Source: Dehalococcoidia bacterium
GTDB lineage: Bacteria > Chloroflexota > Dehalococcoidia > Lucifugimonadales > Australimonadaceae
Direction of reading: 5' to 3'
DNA: 64,000 bases
Assembly (NCBI GenBank): GCA_963579135.1
Contig: CAUZFB010000007.1
Location: 6,337 to 70,336, forward strand
This document shows positions 1 to 9,275 of the stretch, in pieces. Every line of letters starts with the position of its first letter. Within the stretch, counting starts at the first letter, position 1. A program made the translations under genes and the position numbers. Under the pieces are notes generated by a model. The model made no database searches. It saw only the letters and a program-made list of their open reading frames with translations, and was not told the origin of the DNA.

Positions 1-457
1 CGGAGACTAGCTCACTGAATTGATCTATTGGTACTTCCTTATTGGTGTGCGCTCGATTCCCGAGATCTTCGCGGGTCCCCAAAAGGATCCCCACAGGCTG
101 GTCACTGAGGAAAGAGTAAATCTCCGTGCGAGTCTGACCATTCCAGTAGTCACGGTAATCTTCGTATGTCCACACACCAGCACCACCTGCGTCGACCATT
201 GTCGTTACGCCATGTAGCACTCCGATGGTGTCGGGGTTGGAAAATGCGAGATTGCTGTAAACATGCACGTGCATGTCGAACCAGCCTGGACTGAGGTACT
301 TCCCCGCAGCATCAACTACGCGTTCAGCATCGGTTGGATCGACGCTATCCCCGATTCTTGAGAACTTGCCATTCTTAATTCCGATGCGCGTTACGGTGTC
401 GATTCCACTAGCAGGATCCAGCACATGTGCACCAGTTATGACGAGGTCATATTCCAT
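1..457 (-). CDS. amidohydrolase-superfamily metallohydrolase, N-terminal ~152 codons (rest lies beyond left window edge)
   Basis: Minus-strand translation from ATG 455-457: MEYDLVITGAHVLDPASGIDTVTRIGIKNGKFSRIGDSVDPTDAERVVDAAGKYLSPGWFDMHVHVYSNLAFSNPDTIGVLHGVTTMVDAGG..., open to position 1. It has the HxH metal motif and is co-linear with, and clearly homologous to, 35578-37038. GAGAGA SD-like sequence sits 6 nt upstream (alternative ATG 458-460). Not in the ORF track because it runs off the window. Confidence 0.85.
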   Translation of the reverse strand, partial: MEYDLVITGAHVLDPASGIDTVTRIGIKNGKFSRIGDSVDPTDAERVVDAAGKYLSPGWFDMHVHVYSNLAFSNPDTIGVLHGVTTMVDAGGAGVWTYEDYRDYWNGQTRTEIYSFLSDQPVGILLGTREDLGNRAHTNKEVPIDQFSELVS

Positions 458-857
458 CATTCATCTCTCACGCAGATCATTTCTTCAAGCTTATGGGACG
501 CAGCGCAAGGTCGACGGCAGTTACCTCATCGACATTGCGCACCGGGATACACCTGGCATCGATAGCGTCGGGTCGTTGCTCTGTAACATTCTCAATTCTC
601 CGATCCGCTGGTTCCCACGGTAGGCGTCTTCACGAAGCATCCCCTCGGAGATTCTCATGCTGAAGCATGCTCGCATTCTTTCTTTTCTGCAACGGTACCC
701 TGCTGGGAGCGAGGGCTTAAATTAACATGAATGAGCGATTTGCGGGGGCATGAATTGATGTTGGTCATGGCCGGAAGAAGAGCGTGTTCTTTCAGATCCG
801 CGGGCACTATGCCCGAGCACCAGGAATCGACACGTAAGGAATACACGTACGTAATAA

Positions 858-886
858 AAGAGGGCCGGCTATAATGCCGGCCCTTC
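858..886 (-). terminator. intrinsic terminator-like hairpin downstream of Rieske gene 920-2209
   Basis: GGGCCGGC (862-869) pairs with GCCGGCCC (876-883) across a 6-nt loop. On the minus strand the stem is followed by TCTTTTATTAC. It lies about 35 nt after the TAA stop at 920-922. Confidence 0.6.
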
Positions 887-919
887 AGTGGAGTGCGGGT
901 GAACTGGAGGGAGGGGAGC

Positions 920-2209
920 TTACTGAAGGGAACGGAGCAGGAAGATGTCTTCATCCCTAATGATGTTGTCTTTGAAGGGGCCACCGGTGCCTGGATAGCC
1001 AGGGTAGTGGGCCATCTCGGTGGGGAGCCAGATGATATCTTTTTCCACGCGGTGGACGTTGACGGGATCGCCTCCTTCGGCGACGACGCGCATCTGCTCC
1101 TCGAGCATGTTGCGGAACATGATAATGCCGACGTCCGTGACACCGAGGGCTTCGGTGGAGCGGTCCATGATGTCGCCCTGGATCAACCACGCGAGTTGGT
1201 CTTGGCCAACGACGTAATCGTCCTTGATGCGACCGTTCTCGAAGTAGAGCGGGCGTTCCTCGAAGGGAATGACATCCTGCTCAGGGGCCGTCTCGCCCTC
1301 AGGAGGAACGATGACGGTATACATGAGATGGCGCGTGGTGGTGTCGTCGACGGGGATGCGGCACTGGAACTCGAACCAGTTCTCCTGGCCCACTCGTAGC
1401 GTGTAGGGAAAGAGGATGGGGTGCCCGATGCGCCACCACTCGCTGTCCTCGGTCTCGCCTTCGATCAAGCGGCGTTTGATGATGCCGTACTCGAACTTGT
1501 CAAAGCCAATTTTGAGGTGAGCAGCCCCGCGCATGCCGGAGATCCGGTCGAAGTCCTCGATGGTGATGCTTTCCGCAAGCATGGGGTCGAGATTGTCCGC
1601 GCTCTCGTCCTTGGACTTCATCGCCCCTTTCGAAGCGCGCCACATACCGTAGTAGCGGTGGAGCCACTGGAAGTGGACGGGGTCAAGGGAGTTCTCGTGG
1701 CACTGAAGCCAGTTGCACGGCAGTGTTACCGCGTAGACGCTCCGGTGGACGTTCTCCCACATGAATATGTCCCACTTGGGCAACACGGGCACGGGCTGGG
1801 GGCCCATGTACACGAAGATGAGTCCGGCCAACTCCTCGACGGGGTAGGCCCTCAAGTGAACCTTTTCTTTGAAGCGACTGCCCACAGGCTCAGACGGCTG
1901 GTCGACGCATGCGCCGGTCTCGTCGAACAGCCAGCCGTGGTACGCACAGCGGATGCCTTCGGGCTCAGGGACACCGTAGGAGAGGTTGGCCTTGCGGTGA
2001 GGACATGAAGGCTCGATGCAGCCGACCTTGCCAGCCGTGCTGCGGAAGAGCACGAGGTTCTCGCCCAGCAGGCGTATCTCCTTGGTCGGAGTCTCCTCGT
2101 TGAGTTCAGAGCTTGCAGCGATGGGATGCCAGTAGCGGCGCATCAACTCCCCCATGGGGGTGCCCGGACCGACTTGGGTGAGGCGTTCGTTCTGTTCGAC
2201 GGTAATCAT
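920..2209 (-). CDS. Rieske [2Fe-2S] non-heme-iron oxygenase alpha subunit (phthalate/VanA/PAO-type), paralog 1
   Basis: Rieske motif CPHRKANLSYG...CAYHGW and mononuclear Fe motif ENSLDPVHFQWLH (D-x2-H-x4-H). The N-terminus MITVEQNERLTQVGPGTPMGELMRRYWHP aligns with the starts of the three tandem paralogs. ATG 2207-2209 is preceded by AAGGAG; the track's TTG 2227 start merely contains that SD. Confidence 0.93.
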   Translation of the reverse strand: MITVEQNERLTQVGPGTPMGELMRRYWHPIAASSELNEETPTKEIRLLGENLVLFRSTAGKVGCIEPSCPHRKANLSYGVPEPEGIRCAYHGWLFDETGACVDQPSEPVGSRFKEKVHLRAYPVEELAGLIFVYMGPQPVPVLPKWDIFMWENVHRSVYAVTLPCNWLQCHENSLDPVHFQWLHRYYGMWRASKGAMKSKDESADNLDPMLAESITIEDFDRISGMRGAAHLKIGFDKFEYGIIKRRLIEGETEDSEWWRIGHPILFPYTLRVGQENWFEFQCRIPVDDTTTRHLMYTVIVPPEGETAPEQDVIPFEERPLYFENGRIKDDYVVGQDQLAWLIQGDIMDRSTEALGVTDVGIIMFRNMLEEQMRVVAEGGDPVNVHRVEKDIIWLPTEMAHYPGYPGTGGPFKDNIIRDEDIFLLRSLQ

Positions 2210-2365
2210 GCGTGGAGGCTCCTTCAATGATCCGGCTGGCGCTCAACTCGTAATCGTGGGCATTTTACTACGGATGGCCGCGCGATTGCGTTTCCATTTG
2301 CCCGTACAAGAGGGCACGCCTACAATTCTGCGCAACGGCTCAGGACGCCCGTGTTGCGATCGCGC

Positions 2366-2407
2366 GTGCAAGGGGGGACGTGCAAGGGGGGACGTGCAAG
2401 GGGGGGA
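2366..2407. repeat. 3 x 14-nt direct tandem repeat GTGCAAGGGGGGAC (third unit has G7)
   Basis: Read directly: units at 2366-2379, 2380-2393 and 2394-2407. Located in the divergent intergenic region between 920-2209 (-) and 2485-3096 (+). Confidence 0.9.
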
Positions 2408-2484
2408 AGAGATCCCTTCGACTGCACTGCATTACGTCCAGGAAACGAAAGACCCGTAGAAGTATCGACTTAGGAGAGCAAATC

Positions 2485-3096
2485 ATGGCAGAAGATATCG
2501 GTTTGTTCGAGGCGATGTACTCGCAGCGAGCGATCAGGCACATCAGGCCGGATCCGATCCCCGACGAGCTGGTCGAGAAGGTCATCGACGCCGGCATCCA
2601 CGCTCCCAACGGCGGCAACCAACAGAGCTGGGGCTTCGTGGTAATCAAGGACAAGGATGTGATGCGCAAGATGGCGCCGCTCTACAGCGGGGTCGGCCGA
2701 CCGAATCACGGCGAGGCCGATACTTGGTCCGAACGCAACTCGGAGTCTTCTGCGGAGTACCTGTCAGAGCACATCGCGGATGTCCCTGTCTGGATCTTGG
2801 CGGTGACAAAGAGCCCGGGCGACAACATCCACAATGGGGCGTCGGTGTACCCGGCTGTCCAGAACATGTTGTTGGCGGCACGCGCGCTGGGTCTCGCGAG
2901 TGTGTTGACAACGCGAGTACGTCGCGGGTACGAGGCGGAGATGCGTGAGTGGGTGGGGCTGCCGGATGAGTTCGTTACGGCGGCGATGATTCCGCTAGGC
3001 TGGCCGCTGGATGGCTACGCGTACGGTCCGACGACCCGCAAGCCAGCGGCGACGGTGACGCACTGGGAGAAGTGGGGCAACCAGAAAGAAGGGTAA
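2485..3096 (+). CDS. nitroreductase-family flavoprotein
   Basis: MAEDIGLFEAMYSQRAIRHIRPDPIPDELVEKVIDAGIHAPNGGNQQSWGFVVI is a typical nitroreductase N-terminus. AGGAGAG SD at 2472-2478 precedes ATG 2485. The longer track ORF (2380) starts inside the repeat. Confidence 0.85.
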   Translation: MAEDIGLFEAMYSQRAIRHIRPDPIPDELVEKVIDAGIHAPNGGNQQSWGFVVIKDKDVMRKMAPLYSGVGRPNHGEADTWSERNSESSAEYLSEHIADVPVWILAVTKSPGDNIHNGASVYPAVQNMLLAARALGLASVLTTRVRRGYEAEMREWVGLPDEFVTAAMIPLGWPLDGYAYGPTTRKPAATVTHWEKWGNQKEG

Positions 3097-3245
3097 AAAC
3101 CTTCACTCAAAACGCGGCCGGTCGTTGAGTGGGCGGGCGAGGCGGAGTCCTCCGCGCAGACGTTTAGTGAGCCTCTCAGGGGCAGTTCAGTTGTCTTTTG
3201 CCTGTTAGTCCAACTTCTCTAGGTCTGGCCATCTGCAACTGAGCA

Positions 3246-4481
3246 TCAGGATCCAAAGCGGACACGGAATGCCATAGTCGTGGTCCCGCGAACCACGGTT
3301 ACGTCCACGATATCGCCAATCGCGTAGTCGGTGAGGACCTTGCGGACGAGGTCGCTGGTGGTCTGTATGACCGTGCCATCGAGGTGAGTGATGACGTCGT
3401 ACGGCCGCATGCCGGCGCGTTCCGCCGGACCGTCTGCGACGACCTCCACGATGAGCACACCCTCTTCGACGAACAGCCCGAATGAGGCAGCGTTGGACGG
3501 CGCCACGTCGACGATGTTGATACCGAACTTGGGCCGGATCACGGAGCCGTGCTCAAGCAGCTGAACGCTCACGGGAATGGCCGTGCCCATACTAATGGAG
3601 AAGCCAATGCCCTCGGCCTCCTGGTCGTTGCCGATGCTACCCCGGATGATAGCGGTGTTGATCCCGATTACTTCACCGTCCAGGTTCAGCAACGGGCCGC
3701 CACTATTGCCAGGGTTAATGTCAGCGTCCGTCTGGATCAGGTCGTAGAGGCGCTTATCACCCAGGTCGATAGAGCGTCCCTTAGCGCTTATGACCCCAAC
3801 TGTGACCGAGCCTTCAAAGCCTAGGGGACTGCCGATGGCAATCACCCAGTCGCCGATCCGCATGGCATCGGTGTCGCCGAGGGTCGCGACGGAGAGTCCT
3901 GCGATATCCGCTGGCGCTAGTTTCAGTACTGCTAGGTCTGTCTCGGGATCGGTGCCAATCACGACAGCATCCACGGTCTTGCGGTTAGCCAGAGCCACCT
4001 GCACGTAGGTGGTGTCCTCCACGACGTGGTTGTTGGTGAGGACGTGACCCCGTTTGCTGAAAATCACGCCTGAACCCTGGGAGATCCCATCGAGCGAGGT
4101 GGAAAGCACCTGCACCACGGCAGGGCCAACAAGGCTGACGACGCTCGCGACGTCCGGGAAGGTCGCGATCACGACGGGGGTCGGAGTCGGCGCGGGCGTG
4201 GGGGTAGCGGTCGGCGTTGGCGAGGGAGTCACAGTCGCCGTCGGAGTTGGCTGCGGCGTTGGCGTTACGGTGGGCGCTCGCGTCGCGGTCGGCGCCGCCG
4301 TGGCAGTGGGGGGCGGAGTGGGCGCGGGGAGGGACGTTGGTGTCGGGACGGCGGTCAACGCCCGTGCGACACGGTCGTCAATCATTTGATTGATCTCATC
4401 GGCGCTCGGCCCGCATGCTACGAGCAGCAGTACAGTTGCGACTGCCATGGGTAGCGTTTTGGTCAGAAAGTGGATAGCCAT
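3246..4481 (-). CDS. HtrA/DegP-family serine protease lipoprotein with PDZ domain
   Basis: Catalytic triad contexts TNNHVV (His), DLAVLKL (Asp) and GNSGGPL (Ser), with a PDZ-like C-terminal region. Signal peptide with lipobox LLVAC-G, followed by a ~60-aa Pro/Thr-rich linker. Confidence 0.92.
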   Translation of the reverse strand: MAIHFLTKTLPMAVATVLLLVACGPSADEINQMIDDRVARALTAVPTPTSLPAPTPPPTATAAPTATRAPTVTPTPQPTPTATVTPSPTPTATPTPAPTPTPVVIATFPDVASVVSLVGPAVVQVLSTSLDGISQGSGVIFSKRGHVLTNNHVVEDTTYVQVALANRKTVDAVVIGTDPETDLAVLKLAPADIAGLSVATLGDTDAMRIGDWVIAIGSPLGFEGSVTVGVISAKGRSIDLGDKRLYDLIQTDADINPGNSGGPLLNLDGEVIGINTAIIRGSIGNDQEAEGIGFSISMGTAIPVSVQLLEHGSVIRPKFGINIVDVAPSNAASFGLFVEEGVLIVEVVADGPAERAGMRPYDVITHLDGTVIQTTSDLVRKVLTDYAIGDIVDVTVVRGTTTMAFRVRFGS

Positions 4482-4526
4482 ACGGCCATGGTAATGGGCA
4501 AATGTGAAGGAATGTTGCAGAGATCG

Positions 4527-6852
4527 CTAAGACTGCGCGGCGCGCACGGCCGCCCAAACACGCTCGGGTGTGAATGGAAGGTCGATATGCGAAACGCCCA
4601 ACGGCGAGAGGGCATCCATGACCGCGTTGGCCAGCGCAGCCGGGCTGGCAACAGATGGCGCTTCGCCGACGCCACGCATGCCCGTGGGAGTGAGCGGCGT
4701 GGGAGTAGAGAGTAGTTCAGGGGTGACAACAGGCATGTCCTCGGCCTGAAACATGGCGTAGTCCATAAGGCTCGTGGCAGACGGCGTGCCGTTGGCGTCG
4801 TGCTCGACGACTTCGACCAGTGCCTCGCCGAGCCCCTGCGCGACCCCACCGGCGATCTGGCCATGGACGATCAGCGGGTTGACCGCGACTCCGCAGTCGT
4901 GAGCGGCGATGAATCGCTTGAATTCGACTCGACCGGTGGTGGGGTCGACCTCGACCACCGCGACGTGGGCCGCGAAGCTGAACGCACTGGACGGCAGCGT
5001 GAACACGTGCTCGATCTCCAATGACCCGCTGGCGGTCGGCTCGCGGTCACGCTGGGCCAGGGTTGCCAGCTCACCGATGCTCATCGTGCGTGTGGCGTCG
5101 GCCGTACTCCATACCCTGCCCTGCTCGATACGCACGGAGGACAGCTTGCACTCAAGCGCTTGCGTTGCAACGGCTTCGAGCAACGCGCGTGCTTCCTTCG
5201 CAGCGTTGTGCGCAGCGGAGCCGCCGATGACGAGGCTGCGGCTCGCGTACGTGCCGGTGCCAGGCCCGATGGGCTTGGACTTGTCCGTGTCGCCTGTCTG
5301 CAACGTGATGGCCTCGGGAACGACGTCCAACTGATCGGCGACGAGTTGGGCGAAGGACGTGCTCATGCCCTGCCCGTGGGGCGAAACGTCAGAGTCAACC
5401 GTGACCTGGCCGTCACCAGCAATGGTTATGCGCGCGAACGAGGAGCGTGCTGCGACTGCACCAGAGCCGCCGGAGCCGCTGGCGGTAGTGGCCACACCGA
5501 TGCCCAGTAACTTGCCGCTGTCGCGACCGCGTGCGGACGCCTGATCGGCGCGCCAGCGGTCGTACTCGGCCACGTCCAACGCTCGCTGGAGGGCCGCGTG
5601 ATAGTTGCCCGAATCGATGGTGACACCCCCCGCAGTGGTGTATGGGAACTGCTCGGACCTGACGAGGTTCTTGATGCGCACCTCAGCCGGATCCACCGCC
5701 AGCTCCATGGCGATAAGATCGAGCAGGCGTTCCATCATGATGGAAACCTCAGGCTGTCCGGCACCACGATAGGGGCCCATGGGTGGTTTGTTGGTGATAA
5801 CGCCAAGCATCAGCTGGTCCACGTCCTGGATATCGTAGGGACCAGTGATGCGCTTGCACGCGTTATCGGGCGATAGGAATGAGCCGTGGATCTGGAAGGC
5901 GCCTAGGTCGGAGAATATGCGGGCCCGCATACCAAGGATGCGCCCATCGTTCTGCACCGCCGCCTGGAGATCGCCTTCAAAACCACGAGAGTGGGATGCG
6001 ACAAGGTTCTCGCGGCGTGACTCGATCCAGCGCACGGGCCGGCCCAAGCGATGCGCCATGACGACAACGGCGGCTTCGTCGGGGTACAGGTGGTCCTTCT
6101 GGCCGAAGCCACCACCGACGTCCAGCGAGACTACGTGGATCTCAGGTGTGGTCTCGTCGGCCAATTGGTCGAAGACGTGGAGGAGCTGCGTGCGAATCTC
6201 GTGGGATGCCTGCGTGGATGTCCACACCTGCATGCGCTGCTCGCTCTCGTCGTAGTAGGCGAGGCAACCGCGACCCTCCATGGGCGATGGCGACACACGG
6301 GGTACGTTGAATGAGCCACTGACGATGCGGTCAGCCTTCGCGAATGCCGCGTCTGGGTCGCCGGACAGCACGGGCGTGCGTAGTACCACGTTGTCGTTCA
6401 GGGCTGGGTGGAGCGGGCTCCTGGCGTTCACCGAGATGCGAGGCATTGGTCACGGCGGGCAAAGGGTCGTAGCGCACGTCCACGAGCTCAGCGGCGTCCT
6501 CGGCGACGGCGAGGGTTTCGGCGATGACAAGCGCGATGGGCTGGCCGATGTACATGACACGGTCGCCCGCGAGCAGCGGATGCTCAGCACCGAGTGTCAC
6601 GTCAACGCCTGGACGCGCCATGACGTCAACGGTACCAGAGAGATCAGCCCCGGTGACGACGGAGACGACGCCCCGCACGGCGACAGCGTCGCTGGAGTCG
6701 ATGGCATTGATCAGCGCGTGGGCTTCCGTGCTGCGCACGATCGTCATGTGCAGTGTGCCGGGCACCGCGAGGTCCGCTACGAACTGGCCTGCGCCACGCA
6801 GAAGACGATCGTCCTCCATGCGGCGCATCGCCTGGCCGGTGTACGTGGTCAT
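4527..6852 (-). pseudogene. molybdopterin-binding large subunit of XDH/CoxL-type hydroxylase, interrupted by a frameshift near 6420-6445
   Basis: The N-terminal ~137 codons (MTTYTGQAMRRMEDDRLLRGAGQFV...DVRYDPLPAVTNA, from ATG 6850-6852) are in one frame. The remainder (..ARSPLHPALNDNVV...GPYRGAGQPE..., track ORF 4527-6446) is in another. Both halves align co-linearly with the intact paralog 54781-57084. Removing 1 nt around 6423-6429 restores a gap-free alignment. Confidence 0.8.
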
Positions 6853-6859
6853 GCGGGAA

Positions 6860-7963
6860 CTAGCCCTGGACGCCGTAGTCAATGACTCCGCGGCCAACCA
6901 CGCCACGGTCGAGCTCTTCATAGGCGTCGTTGATCTGATCAAGCGTGTAGCTGCGCGTAACGAGGCCGTCCACGTCGAGCTTGCCGCTCTGGTACATATC
7001 AATCATATGGTAGAAGTCGATGGACGGCTTAGAGGCACCGTAGTAGGCGCCCTTGAGCGTCTTCTCCTGGCGAACGAGGGCCACGCCGTCGATGCCAGCC
7101 TGCTCGCCGACAGGGGCGAGACCTGCGATGACGGCGGTGCCGTGCTTGCGCGTGGCGTCGAATGCGAGAGTGATGGTCTCGGACGAGCCGAAGGCTTCGA
7201 AGGCGTAGTCGACGCCCTTGCCGCCAGTCAGGTCTTTGATGGCCTTCACGGGGTCGCCAGAATTGGGGTTTATGGACTCGGTTGCGCCGAACTTGCCCGC
7301 AAACTCCAGCGCGGCGTCGTTGATGTCTACTGCGATGATGCGCGTGGCACCAGCGATGCGCGCGCCCTGCACGACGTTGAGGCCGACGCCACCACAGCCG
7401 ATAACGGCGACGGTGCTGCCGGGGGTGACGCCTGCGGCGTAGATCGCCGTGCCGACACCGGTGGTCACGCTGCAACCGATGAGGGCAGCGGCACGCAGAG
7501 ACATGGCAGGGTCGATCTTGGCGACCCCGGTGGCGGGGACGATGGCCTCCTCACCGAAGCAGCCAAGCTTGCCCATCTGGCTGAGGTCTTGGCCGTTGAT
7601 GTGGATGCGGCTGGTGCCGTCGAACATCTTGGCGGCATTCCTCTGGTGGGTATCGCATGCGTTGGGGTGACCGGTGAGGCAGGACTCGCAGTTGCCACAG
7701 TAGGGGGCGAACGAGAGGATGACGTGGTCACCGGGCTCTACATTGGTGACGCCTTCGCCAACCTCCATGACGACAGCTGAACCCTCGTGGCCGAGGACAG
7801 CGGGAGTCGCGATGATGGCTTCACCTTTCATGAAGTGCAGGTCAGAGCGGCATACGCCCGCCACAGCCATCTTCACTTTGACCTCGTTGGCCTTGGGTGG
7901 GTCGATCTCGATGTCTTCGATCACCAGAGGTTGGTTGGTTTGGTAGAGGACTGCTGCTCTCAT
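6860..7963 (-). CDS. zinc-dependent alcohol dehydrogenase (MDR family)
   Basis: GVCRSDLH, GHEGSAVV and the second-zinc Cys cluster CGNCESC, with Rossmann VIGCGGVGLN. GAGGAG SD lies before ATG 7961-7963. Confidence 0.92.
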   Translation of the reverse strand: MRAAVLYQTNQPLVIEDIEIDPPKANEVKVKMAVAGVCRSDLHFMKGEAIIATPAVLGHEGSAVVMEVGEGVTNVEPGDHVILSFAPYCGNCESCLTGHPNACDTHQRNAAKMFDGTSRIHINGQDLSQMGKLGCFGEEAIVPATGVAKIDPAMSLRAAALIGCSVTTGVGTAIYAAGVTPGSTVAVIGCGGVGLNVVQGARIAGATRIIAVDINDAALEFAGKFGATESINPNSGDPVKAIKDLTGGKGVDYAFEAFGSSETITLAFDATRKHGTAVIAGLAPVGEQAGIDGVALVRQEKTLKGAYYGASKPSIDFYHMIDMYQSGKLDVDGLVTRSYTLDQINDAYEELDRGVVGRGVIDYGVQG

Positions 7964-8026
7964 GATTCTCCTCGTGGGGTCTTCCTGATGGGTTTCGTTG
8001 GAGGCGAGGGATTGCGAATTCCCGTC

Positions 8027-8830
8027 TTAGTATTTCTGCTGGTCGAGAGTGTTGTAGGTCACGGGGGTGGTCACCAGCAGTCCAGCGTCCACGGGGAGGA
8101 CGACCCCGGTGATCCAGCGAGCTTCGTCGCTGGCCAGGAAAAGTGCGGCGTAACCAATGTCCCAGCCCGTGCCTTCGGTACCCAGCGGGGCAGCGTGCAT
8201 GCGATCGCCGCGCAGGCGCTCGTCCATGCGGGGAGCGACCATGGGTCCGTAGATGAGACCAGGCGCGATGCAGTTGGCGCGGATGCCGTCGCGACCGTGG
8301 TCGCCGGCGAGCGACTTCGTGATGCCGATGACGGCAGCCTTGGATGTGGTGTACGGGGTGGAGCTATTTGCGCGCACACCCGCGATGGACGAGATATTAA
8401 TGATCGCGCCTCCACCGTTCTTCTTCATCACGGGTACGGCGAACTTGCTGGTGAGCATGATGCTCTTCACGTTCACATTCATGATGTGGTCCCACTGCTC
8501 CTCGGTGACCTCGGTCACATCGAGGCGGATGGAGATGCCCACGTTGTTGTCAAGGATGTCGAGCCGCCCATAGCGCTCGACGGCCGTCGCGACCATTGCT
8601 TCGCAATCGGCTGCAGACGTGACATCGCCGACGAAAGTGGACGCGTCGCCACCCTCTTTGGCGATGAGCGCATCCGTTTCAGCTACGCGGTCTTCGAACA
8701 TATCGACGAGGAGCACCTTGGCGCCCTCGCGCGCGAACAAAATCGCGGTCGCCTTGCCGTTGCCGATCCCTACCGAGCTCGATCCTGCGCCTGTCACTAT
8801 CGCGACTTTGCCTTCAAGCCTGCCTGCCAT
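8027..8830 (-). CDS. short-chain dehydrogenase/reductase (SDR)
   Basis: TGAGSSSVGIGNG cofactor motif and YTTSKAA (YxxxK). ATG 8828-8830 is preceded by AGGAG; the track ORF start at 8866 is an upstream extension. Confidence 0.92.
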   Translation of the reverse strand: MAGRLEGKVAIVTGAGSSSVGIGNGKATAILFAREGAKVLLVDMFEDRVAETDALIAKEGGDASTFVGDVTSAADCEAMVATAVERYGRLDILDNNVGISIRLDVTEVTEEQWDHIMNVNVKSIMLTSKFAVPVMKKNGGGAIINISSIAGVRANSSTPYTTSKAAVIGITKSLAGDHGRDGIRANCIAPGLIYGPMVAPRMDERLRGDRMHAAPLGTEGTGWDIGYAALFLASDEARWITGVVLPVDAGLLVTTPVTYNTLDQQKY

Positions 8831-8886
8831 ACTTATCTCCTGGGAGTCGAGAGCGTTCGAGAACACCGCATGCGTGTCGGCGATAC

Positions 8887-9123
8887 CTAGCTCGCAGGCT
8901 CTTCCGCTTCGTCGTTTTCTTCGTCTTTATTCAATTGGGGGATGTTGCCGACCAGCAGGTCCGATAGCTCTGTGACACGCCCTTCGAAGATTTTGCCTTC
9001 GTAGACCGATTCCACAATGGCGTACCAGCCCGTCTCCATCTGGGAGAGCTTCATGGTGAGGTGGCCGTCCTGAACGGTGATTTCTTGAGGCGCGATACTG
9101 CGGCGGGGGACGTCATCTGCCAT
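8887..9123 (-). CDS. hypothetical small acidic protein (78 aa)
   Basis: ATG-initiated ORF with a coding-like third-position GC bias and an acidic tail NKDEENDEAEEPAS. It sits first in the co-directional run with SDR, ADH and the CoxL-like gene. I recognise no family. Confidence 0.45.
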   Translation of the reverse strand: MADDVPRRSIAPQEITVQDGHLTMKLSQMETGWYAIVESVYEGKIFEGRVTELSDLLVGNIPQLNKDEENDEAEEPAS

Positions 9124-9275
9124 GGTTTAGTCCGATTGATCCGGCTGGTCGATTTACGCCTTCTGCTCACTGCGAACCTGCGTCGCGGCATCGTACCACG
9201 GCGCGACCTAGAACTCGTCTGGGCGCCTGATATGATGCACGCTACGATAATGAACGAGTCCAGAGGGGGAGAGCG

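Noticed and set aside
893-2008. Plus-strand ORFs of 168 and 195 aa (893-1399, 1421-2008) opposite the Rieske gene
   Set aside because: They are antisense shadow ORFs typical of high-GC DNA. They have no recognisable motifs, whereas the minus-strand frame carries complete Rieske and Fe-site motifs.
2366-2407. Possible CRISPR arrays (the 14-nt repeats here and the 13-nt repeats at 44350-44531)
   Set aside because: The units are far too short, directly abutting with no unique spacers, and there are no cas genes.
4054-4389. Gly/Val-rich ORFs (also 27019-27306) that look like structural repeat proteins
   Set aside because: They are the reverse-complement reading of the Pro/Thr linker codons (ACC/CCG read as GGT/CGG) of the HtrA and binding-protein genes.
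6415-6450. Programmed ribosomal frameshift in the CoxL-like gene
   Set aside because: There is no slippery heptamer, homopolymer or obvious downstream stimulatory structure at the frame junction. A mutation or sequencing error is the simpler explanation.
6524-8890. Long plus-strand ORFs (418 aa and 367 aa) opposite the ADH and SDR genes
   Set aside because: Their composition is low-complexity and rich in Arg, Gly, Asp and His. They lie entirely antisense to ORFs with unambiguous MDR and SDR motifs.
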